From positions 6,757-70,756 of the forward strand of contig CANQTM010000006.1 of the NCBI GenBank assembly GCA_947626825.1: a DNA stretch of 64,000 nt, read 5' to 3'. Position numbers and translations under genes: made by a program. Positions 30,304-38,964 of the stretch are shown piece by piece. Every line of letters starts with the position of its first letter. Positions within the stretch are counted from its first letter, which is position 1. A model generated the notes under the pieces. It saw nothing but the letters and a program-made list of their open reading frames with translations. It was not told where the DNA came from and searched no databases. The stretch is from an uncultured Bacilli bacterium. GTDB lineage: Bacteria; Bacillota_I; Bacilli_A; RFN20; CAG-631.

Positions 30304-32862
30304 ATGAATATCAAAAGTAAATTATATATAAGTTGTCTTTTAATTTTAACTTTATTTTGTTCAACTATTTTTTCAGCATGTAGTGTAATAACAAGTGAAA
30401 ATTTATCATCAAGTAACGAAAACTTAAGTAATTCTAGTTCAAATAATTCAATAACAAATACATCATCTAATAATAATGATAGTTCACAACATAGTGAAAG
30501 TAGCACTACAAGTAATTCTAACACTTCAACTAATAGTTCATCTTCTAATAGTGATGTTAGTAATACAAGTACACCAAGTAGTGATAGTTCATCAAGTACA
30601 CCAAGTATTGATAATTCTTCAACAAGTACACCTAGTAGTGAACCAATAAAGAAAGTCACAATTACCTTTAATAGTAATGGTGGTACTAATTGTGATTCTA
30701 TTACTCAAGAAGTAGGATCTGCATTAACATTACCTCAACCAACAAAAACAGATTATGATTTTGTTGGTTGGTATACACAAAATGAAATAAATGAAAATTA
30801 TTTATTTGATTCTAAAGTAATGCCTAATGAAGATATAACTTTGTATGCAGGATGGGAACTTCAAGATAATATTTATATGAATGATTATTTATCAGCTAAG
30901 AATTTTGAAGAATGGAAATCTACTAGTACATATGATGTTGATGATTATATAGTTATTCGTTATTTTAGTGATGAAGTTGATGTAACTAGTAAAAGTCAAT
31001 ATAACCTAAATACAGGAATCAATGTACTTCAAGATGGCTATATTCTAAATTGGTATAAAGATAAAGATTTCAAAGATAATCTTGCAACGCAAAAAGATTA
31101 TTTAAAATATGGTGATAATGTTTATTTTGCAACAATAACAACATCATCTGGTCAATTTGTTAGTGCCTATGCAGTAAATATTTATGTTTATCATGATTAC
31201 ACATATACATATTATGAGTATCAACCAGGATATAAATTTGCAAGTCAAATGGGAATGTATTCTACTCAAGCGGTTTCAGAGTCAAAAATAATAGAACCAT
31301 TAACAATTTCAAATGGATATACATTCAAAGAATGGGTAACATCAGATAATGAACCATTTGATTTTAGTAAACCAATTGGTCTTACTGGTAATTTAAAATT
31401 ATATGCTACTTATGAAGATGTAGAATTAAATATTGCTGGTGATAAGATAACATATAGTCCTTATTTGACAACTAATTTACCAATAAAAGAATCAACTGAA
31501 GGTCATTTCTTTGATGGATACTATAGTAATGGAGTTCAATATTTTGATGAAAATGGAAATGCTATAACACCATTACCATTTGAAGCTACTAAAACTATTG
31601 AATATGGTTATAGTGAATATACACAAGAAAAATATTTTGAATTTAGTAAAGTTGAAGGAGGATATTCATTATCATTAAAAGAAATGCCATCATACACAAC
31701 AACTATATTAATACCAAAAGAATATAATAATGAACCGATTATTGCTATTGATGAATTTGCATTTTCAAATTTTTACGAAATAACAAAAATAATAATTCAA
31801 AATAGTGTTACAAGTATGGGAAAAGAAGCATTCAGAAATTGCAGTTCATTAACAACAGTAACAATAGATAAAGAAAATCAATTACAAAGTATAGGAGAAC
31901 GTGCATTCCAAGGTTGTAGTTCATTAGAAAATATAACAATACCAACTAGTGTCACAAGTATAGGAGAATCTGCATTCAATGGATGTAGTTCATTAGAAAG
32001 TATTACAATACCATTTGTAGGAGCAAAATTAAATGGAAGTAGTAATACACATTTTGGATATATATTTGGAGCAAGTAGTTATAGTGAAAATTCAACATAT
32101 GTACCAACAACATTAAAGGAAGTAATAATCACTGGTGGAAATAGTATAGGTAAAGAGGCATTTGCATATTGTAGTTCATTAGAAAGTATAGTTATACCAG
32201 CTAGTGTTACAAGTATAGGAGAACGTGCATTCGCATATTGTAGTTCATTAGTAATTTATTGTGAAGCAAGCAGTAAACCAAGCGGATGGAGTAGTGATTG
32301 GAACTATAGTAATAGACCAGTATATTGGGGCATAAATGAAAATAATTATAAAGAAGAGAATGGATTACGATATGTAATACAAGATGGTAATACAATATTA
32401 ACAAGATATGTAGGAAATGAAACAACAATAGAAATACCAAATACAGTACAAATAAATGGAACAATATATAATGTCACAAGTATAGGAGATTATGCATTCT
32501 ATGGTTGTTATTCATTAGAAAGAATAGTTATACCAAATAGTGTTAAAAGTATTGGAGAATGTGCATTCCAATATTGTTATTCATTAGAAAGAATAGAAAT
32601 ACCAGCTAGTGTAACAAGTATAGGAGATCGTGCATTTTCAGGATGTAGTTCATTAGAAAGTATAGTTATACCAAATAGTGTTACAAGTATAGGAGCATAT
32701 GCATTCTCAGGATGTAGTTCATTAATAATATATTGTGAAGCAAATAGTCAACCAAGTGGTTGGACAAGTGGTTGGACGAGTTATTGGAATTCAAGTAATA
32801 GACCAGTATATTGGGAAGGCCAATGGCATTATGATGAAAATGGTAATCCAGTACGAAATTAA
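30304..32862 (+). CDS. Surface lipoprotein with Ser-rich linker, InlB B-repeat (Flg_new) domains and BspA leucine-rich repeats
   Basis: Lipobox FSA-C; ITFNSNGG...PTKTDYDFVGWY...ITLYAGW; many IPxSVTSIGxxAFxxCSSL repeats; ATG at 30304 after GAAAGGA. Confidence 0.9.
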   Translation: MNIKSKLYISCLLILTLFCSTIFSACSVITSENLSSSNENLSNSSSNNSITNTSSNNNDSSQHSESSTTSNSNTSTNSSSSNSDVSNTSTPSSDSSSSTPSIDNSSTSTPSSEPIKKVTITFNSNGGTNCDSITQEVGSALTLPQPTKTDYDFVGWYTQNEINENYLFDSKVMPNEDITLYAGWELQDNIYMNDYLSAKNFEEWKSTSTYDVDDYIVIRYFSDEVDVTSKSQYNLNTGINVLQDGYILNWYKDKDFKDNLATQKDYLKYGDNVYFATITTSSGQFVSAYAVNIYVYHDYTYTYYEYQPGYKFASQMGMYSTQAVSESKIIEPLTISNGYTFKEWVTSDNEPFDFSKPIGLTGNLKLYATYEDVELNIAGDKITYSPYLTTNLPIKESTEGHFFDGYYSNGVQYFDENGNAITPLPFEATKTIEYGYSEYTQEKYFEFSKVEGGYSLSLKEMPSYTTTILIPKEYNNEPIIAIDEFAFSNFYEITKIIIQNSVTSMGKEAFRNCSSLTTVTIDKENQLQSIGERAFQGCSSLENITIPTSVTSIGESAFNGCSSLESITIPFVGAKLNGSSNTHFGYIFGASSYSENSTYVPTTLKEVIITGGNSIGKEAFAYCSSLESIVIPASVTSIGERAFAYCSSLVIYCEASSKPSGWSSDWNYSNRPVYWGINENNYKEENGLRYVIQDGNTILTRYVGNETTIEIPNTVQINGTIYNVTSIGDYAFYGCYSLERIVIPNSVKSIGECAFQYCYSLERIEIPASVTSIGDRAFSGCSSLESIVIPNSVTSIGAYAFSGCSSLIIYCEANSQPSGWTSGWTSYWNSSNRPVYWEGQWHYDENGNPVRN
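30647..31217 (+). repeat. About 570-bp direct repeat, copy 1
   Basis: Appears identical by eye to 34687-35257 (offset 4040). Confidence 0.9.
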
Positions 32863-33130
32863 TCAATAAAAAAATATTGAGTTATCTTAAGTTATAAAAT
32901 TTTATTAGTGGTAAGAATTTTTCATACGAATAAAATTCGTTATCCAATTATTAAAGAAATTTATTATTATGCCACCATGTAAAAAAATCATAAAACTTTT
33001 AAAAGTTGGGTTATAGCATCTTAATGATAAGATGATATAAAAGTTATGTTGTACTCATAACTATAAACAAAATTTTAAGGAAAGGAAAATTGCTAATCAT
33101 AAGTACAATATGGTTTTATTGGATAAAAAA

Positions 33131-34388
33131 ATGAAAAAACAATTCAAAACTTAAATTCTTATTATTTGCTTTATTTGCTTGTTGTTTATTTGTATCGTGT
33201 AATGGAATAACAACAACAGTTGAACCAAAAGATTATATTGCTCCATTAAAAGCAGCACCTAGAGCTGTATCACATGCTGAAAATGAAATTGATGAAGTTG
33301 AAATCTTAGATTCAAATACTGATGGTGGATACAACTATTATTTGCTATATGTTGGTTATATTGAAGATTTATATTTGTCAACTTTGGCAGCAGTTGAATA
33401 TACAGGTGTTCCTCTTTCTTACACTAAACAAATCACACATGAAACTTCATGTGTTGAGTCATTAACAACTAGTGTCTCAAATTGCATTACTGTTTCAGAT
33501 TCTCAAAGTCATAAGGTTGGGATAGGAGCTGGCTGGAAAAAATGGTTTCCTTTTGCTGGTGAATTTTCTATTTCTGCAAATTATGAATGGAATGGAGTAT
33601 GGTCAAAATCTGAAACTAATGAAATGTCAACATCAAATACTAGTACTACATCTAAAAGATTTGCCGAAACACAAACTTTATCTTTTGAATTTAAAAAAGA
33701 TGATGGAAATCCTATCGGCAAATATCGTTATGCATTATATTCTACTTGCGATGTATATTTTGTAATACAAACAAGTTTAAATAACCAAGATTTATTACAA
33801 TGGTCAACACAAGCATGTTCACGTGAAAAAGATTATTTTGTTCGTATGGAATCAGTTGAAAGTGGAGGTCATTTTGAAAATACGTCTGTTGATCAAATTA
33901 ACATTAGTGAAGATTATTATAAAAAATTACCAATTCCTTCTCAAAAAAAGCCTGATATACAGATAGTTGAGCCTGTAAAGTACACAGCAACTATTAGAAC
34001 TGGCACAACAACTATTTATAATAGAAACAATCATGTTACTGATAATGTGCAATTTGGATTCAATATGTCTATGGATGAAATAAATGCAAAAAATTATACA
34101 AAAATGTCAATTGAATTATTTGTTGATATTAAAGAATATCGTACATCTTCTGACTTATATAATGGAATTTGTATTAAAGATAAAAGTGGTAAAGAAGTAA
34201 AAAAATGGGAATATAAAAGACATAGAGGAGATTGGAGTACATATTCAATTGAAGCAAAAGATTTAAATATATCAGACTTTTATATTGGAAATAACATTTT
34301 TAAACTAATTGTTGAATATTATTGTAAAAATAGTAATTTTCAAGATTGGTATCTTGGAACTGTTAAAACAGAAATTACAATTTCGTAA
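33131..34388 (+). pseudogene. Frameshifted lipoprotein with an aerolysin/ETX-MTX2-like Ser/Thr-rich beta-hairpin segment
   Basis: ATG at 33131 is followed by A6; removing one A gives MKNNSKLKFLLFALFACCLFVS-C in frame with ORF 33342-34388. Contains SHKVGIGAGWKKWFPFAGEFSISANYEW flanked by S/T-rich strands. Confidence 0.65.
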
Positions 34389-34445
34389 TATTAACTATAT
34401 TATAAGATTAAGTTAAAAAAAATAAATGAAAGGAAGAATTCAATC

Positions 34446-37385
34446 ATGAAAAAAATAAGTAATATTTTTATAAGTTTTCTTTCTGTTTTGTTTTTATTTG
34501 TTTTTACTTTTGTTACTGGATGCAGTGTAGAAAAATTTTCTGAAAATAATGATTTATCAAACGAAGAATCATCAAATAATGTAAATAACAACTCTAATTC
34601 AAACAATAGTTCATCTAATGACGTTAGTAATACAAATACACCTAGTAGTGATAACTCTTCGTCAAGTACACCTAGTAGTGAACCAGTAAAGAAAGTCACA
34701 ATTACCTTTAATAGTAATGGTGGTACTAATTGTGATTCTATTACTCAAGAAGTAGGATCTGCATTAACATTACCTCAACCAACAAAAACAGATTATGATT
34801 TTGTTGGTTGGTATACACAAAATGAAATAAATGAAAATTATTTATTTGATTCTAAAGTAATGCCTAATGAAGATATAACTTTGTATGCAGGATGGGAACT
34901 TCAAGATAATATTTATATGAATGATTATTTATCAGCTAAGAATTTTGAAGAATGGAAATCTACTAGTACATATGATGTTGATGATTATATAGTTATTCGT
35001 TATTTTAGTGATGAAGTTGATGTAACTAGTAAAAGTCAATATAACCTAAATACAGGAATCAATGTACTTCAAGATGGCTATATTCTAAATTGGTATAAAG
35101 ATAAAGATTTCAAAGATAATCTTGCAACGCAAAAAGATTATTTAAAATATGGTGATAATGTTTATTTTGCAACAATAACAACATCATCTGGTCAATTTGT
35201 TAGTGCCTATGCAGTAAATATTTATGTTTATCATGATTACACATATACATATTATGAATACCAACCAGGATATAAATTAGCTAGTAAAATGAAAGCCTAT
35301 GGTACTCAAAAAGTTTCAGAAACTAAGATAGTAGAACCATTAACACTTTCAAATGGATATCCTTTCAAAGAATGGGTAACATTAGATAATGAACCATTTG
35401 ATTTTAGTAAACCAGTAGTTGGTGGTTTAAAATTATATGCTACTTATGAAGATATTGAATTAGATATAGAAGATAAAAAAGTAACATATAGTCCTTATTT
35501 AACAGAACAATTACCAACAAAAGAAAATTCTTTAGAAAATCATTATTTTAGTGGTTATAGTAGTAATGGAGTTCAATATTTTGATGAATTAGGAGAAGCT
35601 ATTAATCCTATGCCATATGAAGCATTAGAAAATCTTGAATATTATTGGATTGATAATCCACCAGCAAAATATTATACAGAAGAAAAATATTTTGAATTTA
35701 GTAAAGTTAATAGAGGATATTCAGTATCACTAAAAGAAATGCCATTATATACAACAACTATATCAATACCAAAAGAATATGATAATGAACCAATTATTGC
35801 TATTGATGAAAATGCATTTAAAAATTTTAATGAAATAACAAAAATAATAATGCCAAATAGTGTTACAAGCATAGGAAAGGATGCATTTTTAGGATGTAAT
35901 TTGTTAGAAAGTTTAACTTTATCGTGCACAAATATTACATATTTAGGATATTATTTTGGAGCAAGCAGTTATAGTGATAACTCAACATATGTACCAACAA
36001 CATTAAAAGAAGTAATAATCACTGGTGGTAGTAGTATAGAAAATAGCGCATTCTCAGGATGTAGTTCATTAAAAAGCATCATAATTCCAAAAAGTGTTAC
36101 AAGTATAGGAGAACGTGCATTCAAAGATTGTAGTTCATTAGAAAGTATCGATATACCAAATAGTGTCACAAGTATAGGAAGTTCTGCATTCTCAGGATGT
36201 AGTTCATTAATAATTTATTGTGAAGCAAGTAGTAAACCAAGTGGCTGGCAAAATCAAGCAAAGGACTCATTTGGCTCTACTATTTATAGTTGGAATTCAA
36301 GTAATAGGCCAGTATATTGGGGAATAAATGACAAAACATATAAAGAAGAAAATGGATTACGATATGTAATACAAAATGGTAAAGCGGTAATAACAAAATG
36401 TGTTGGTAATGTAGTTGAGGTACCAGATACAATACAAATAAATGGAAAAACATATAGTGTAGCGAGTATAGGTGCAGATGCATTCAGTAATTGTAATTCA
36501 TTATCAAGAGTAATTTATAAAGGAACTATATCGCAATGGGTAAGTAAAGATTTTGGTAATGAATATTCAAATCCATTATCAATGAATAAATTATATATAA
36601 ATGGAATGTTATATCAAAAGAAAAATATAGTTTTAGAAGAAATTAGTAAAATAGGTTCATCTGCATTTAATAATTATCGTTTACTTGAAAGTATTACCAT
36701 CCCAACAAGTGTAACAAGTATAGGAAATTCTGCATTCAAAAATTGTAGTTCATTACAATGTACTATCACAATTTCAAATGGTGTCACAAGTATAGAAGAT
36801 TATACATTTTATAATTGTAATTCATTAAAAGTAACTTTTGCAGCAGATAGTAAATTAAAAAGTATAGGAAATTACGCATTCTATAGCTGTGATGCATTAG
36901 AAAGTATAATTATACCCCAAAGTACCACAAGTATAGGGGAATATGCATTTGCTTATATTCGTCTGTCCAATGTATATCTAAATCTTACATTTGAAAAAAA
37001 CAGTCAATTACGAAGTATAGGGGCATACGCGTTCTGTTGCACTAAGTTAGAATATTTTAAAATACCAACAAGTGTAACAAGTATAGGAGAATGTGCATTC
37101 TTAGATTCTGATTTTGTACAAGAAATAGAAAGATATGGATATAATCAATCACAATCGAGAAGGCGTACCTATATCATAATGCCAAAAAGTGTCACAAGTA
37201 TAGGGGTACATGCATTTGGTAACGTACCAGGCCAAGCCATTTATTGTGAAGCAAGTAGTAGACCAAGTGGTTGGTTTTATGATTCATATAGTAACATTTA
37301 TTGGTATATCACCTCTTATGTCACTGTTTATTTTAAAGGAAAATGGGATTATAATTCAAATGGTTACCCATATCCGATAAGGTAG
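34446..37385 (+). CDS. Surface lipoprotein with InlB B-repeats and BspA leucine-rich repeats, paralog of 30304-32862
   Basis: Lipobox VTG-C; identical N-terminal module; diverged and longer LRR region. Confidence 0.9.
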   Translation: MKKISNIFISFLSVLFLFVFTFVTGCSVEKFSENNDLSNEESSNNVNNNSNSNNSSSNDVSNTNTPSSDNSSSSTPSSEPVKKVTITFNSNGGTNCDSITQEVGSALTLPQPTKTDYDFVGWYTQNEINENYLFDSKVMPNEDITLYAGWELQDNIYMNDYLSAKNFEEWKSTSTYDVDDYIVIRYFSDEVDVTSKSQYNLNTGINVLQDGYILNWYKDKDFKDNLATQKDYLKYGDNVYFATITTSSGQFVSAYAVNIYVYHDYTYTYYEYQPGYKLASKMKAYGTQKVSETKIVEPLTLSNGYPFKEWVTLDNEPFDFSKPVVGGLKLYATYEDIELDIEDKKVTYSPYLTEQLPTKENSLENHYFSGYSSNGVQYFDELGEAINPMPYEALENLEYYWIDNPPAKYYTEEKYFEFSKVNRGYSVSLKEMPLYTTTISIPKEYDNEPIIAIDENAFKNFNEITKIIMPNSVTSIGKDAFLGCNLLESLTLSCTNITYLGYYFGASSYSDNSTYVPTTLKEVIITGGSSIENSAFSGCSSLKSIIIPKSVTSIGERAFKDCSSLESIDIPNSVTSIGSSAFSGCSSLIIYCEASSKPSGWQNQAKDSFGSTIYSWNSSNRPVYWGINDKTYKEENGLRYVIQNGKAVITKCVGNVVEVPDTIQINGKTYSVASIGADAFSNCNSLSRVIYKGTISQWVSKDFGNEYSNPLSMNKLYINGMLYQKKNIVLEEISKIGSSAFNNYRLLESITIPTSVTSIGNSAFKNCSSLQCTITISNGVTSIEDYTFYNCNSLKVTFAADSKLKSIGNYAFYSCDALESIIIPQSTTSIGEYAFAYIRLSNVYLNLTFEKNSQLRSIGAYAFCCTKLEYFKIPTSVTSIGECAFLDSDFVQEIERYGYNQSQSRRRTYIIMPKSVTSIGVHAFGNVPGQAIYCEASSRPSGWFYDSYSNIYWYITSYVTVYFKGKWDYNSNGYPYPIR
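34687..35257 (+). repeat. About 570-bp direct repeat, copy 2
   Basis: Appears identical by eye to 30647-31217. Confidence 0.9.
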
Positions 37386-37453
37386 TGTTGAAATTTTTAA
37401 ATAAAGCCGTCTTAAAACATGTTTATTATTTTACAATCAAAAACTTCATAAAT

Positions 37454-37498
37454 AAAAAGTTCCGAAATAACTATAAATCAGTTTTTTCGGACTTTTTT
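37454..37498 (+). terminator. Terminator after the lipoprotein cluster
   Basis: AAAAAGTTCCGAAA...TTTCGGACTTTTTT. Confidence 0.75.
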
Positions 37499-37883
37499 GG
37501 TGTGTGTAATTGAAACCAACAACAGTATTTTTTATCACCAAGTAAGGCAAATCACAAATCGTTAATAGTAAATTTGTAATGAAATTATTCATTACCTATG
37601 CCCCTGTACGACGAACTATTATTGTTTGTACACCTTAACTCGTCAGAAGTATGATACACAACAAGTTCAATCTCAAAAGTCTTTCCGTCAGTTATTTTTA
37701 TAATATAGTTTGCAACTTTCTCTATATTGTTGGTCGCAGAAACATCAGTGGCAAGAACATCTACCGATGTCATTAATAAATATGCTGCCACAGCAAGCAG
37801 CAAGTCCAATAGAAATTATTATTAATTTTTTTTCAAATCTTTAAACCAAATCGTGGCGGCTTAAGTTTTTGCTTTTTTATATG

Positions 37884-38082
37884 TTATGTAAATAACAATG
37901 ATAATAATTTTTTTGTAACTAAATATAAATCAGTGCATTTATATTTTTCATTTTCCATAAAAATAAATAAATTAATATAATCTTGTAACTCTTCTTTCAA
38001 AAAACCGCTAAGCTTATTTATAAAAAATTTAAAGCGATTACATAATTGATCAATTGGTTCTAGTATTTTATATACTTCTTTT
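37884..38082 (-). mobile_element. IS1595-like transposase C-terminal remnant
   Basis: LEPIDQLCNRFKFFINKLSGFLKEELQDYINLFIF resembles the IS1595-type C-terminus; cut at 38083 by an IS66-like end. Confidence 0.55.
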
Positions 38083-38415
38083 GTAAGCGGTAATTCCACT
38101 ATATATAAATAAAAGAAGCCTTCTTGTAGAATAAAAGCAGGAGGGTTTTTAATTATGAATGCATATAATGAAGAATTTAAAGCAGAAGTTGTAGAAGAAT
38201 ATCAAAAAACAAAAAGCATAAAAAAAACATGTGAAAAATATCAAATAGCTAAGTCAACAGTGTACAAGTGGCAGAAAGAATTAAGATCAATAGAAGAAGG
38301 ATTGGTAAATATAAATAATTACCAATCAATAACTATGCAAACAGAAAGAAAAGAAGAAAAGATAGAGATAGAAATAAATGGGTATCAAATAAAAAATCTT
38401 AAAGGAAGCAAGTAA
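38083..38415 (+). mobile_element. IS66-like left end with truncated TnpA HTH (38155-38415)
   Basis: Begins GTAAGCGG; GGAGG RBS; YNEEFKAEVV...CEKYQIAKSTVYKW HTH and IEIEING motif; no tnpB/tnpC follows. Confidence 0.6.
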
Positions 38416-38434
38416 ACTAAACTTGCTTCTTTTT
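38401..38434 (+). terminator. Intrinsic terminator
   Basis: AAAGGAAGCAAGT-aaactaa-ACTTGCTTCTTTTT. Confidence 0.75.
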
Positions 38435-38627
38435 GTATGTCAGACATTAATGCTAATCTAGTTGGAATCAACGGGTATTTATCGTCAAGTGTAGTACAAG
38501 TTGTTAGCAGTAATACTATGGGTAAAAGAAGTGAAAATGTGAAACGAAACAAGTAAATCAAAAGGCAACGAAAATTTAGTAATTAAAGTTTTCCCTAGTG
38601 AAACCTTAACACATTAAGAAATATTAA

Positions 38628-38701
38628 AACATAAAAGCAAAATGATGAATAAAGTGGGAAAATTGTTGATTGAAAATGAAAATACTGGTCAAATTTTCTA
38701 A
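38628..38701 (+). pseudogene. 3' stub of a second tyrosine recombinase gene
   Basis: 38628-38664 is identical to 27348-27384 (HKSKMMNKVGK), then TTG TTG versus TTA TTA (both Leu-Leu); stop at 38699-38701. Confidence 0.8.
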
Positions 38702-38709
38702 TAAAAAAA

Positions 38710-38900
38710 TTGTGCATTTATTAATCAAATAAATGCACTTTTTTATGAATTTATTCTATCATACTCGTGCTTTTTCGACAATATTTTTTTGATGTCTGTA
38801 ATTGTTTCTTTAAAAATATTTTTTAATTAAATTAAAATTTTAAAAAAAATTTATGCATATTTTTTAAAAATGTACATTTATTTGATTAATAAATGCACAA
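38710..38900. promoter_or_regulatory. Invertible promoter switch 2 (26-bp perfect, 33/35-bp extended inverted repeats)
   Basis: TTGTGCATTTATTAATCAAATAAATG (38710-38735) and its reverse complement (38875-38900); internal minus-strand promoter TTGTCG-17-TAGAAT with extended TG (38781-38753). Confidence 0.85.
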
Positions 38901-38964
38901 GAAAAGTTTAAAAAAATTTTATTATTTGCAAAAAAAAGTTTAATGGGGGAGGGTTCTTTTTGCT

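Noticed and set aside
33011-33062. Third recombination site (TTATAgCATCTTA-atga-TAAGATGaTATAA) with an adjacent hairpin
   Set aside because: Single copy with no partner repeat, and arm and core spacing differ from the two switches. It could be an operator, but nothing supports that.
37585-37809. 74-aa ORF as a functional gene
   Set aside because: Lies among IS debris with no clear RBS or recognisable family; probably a fragment
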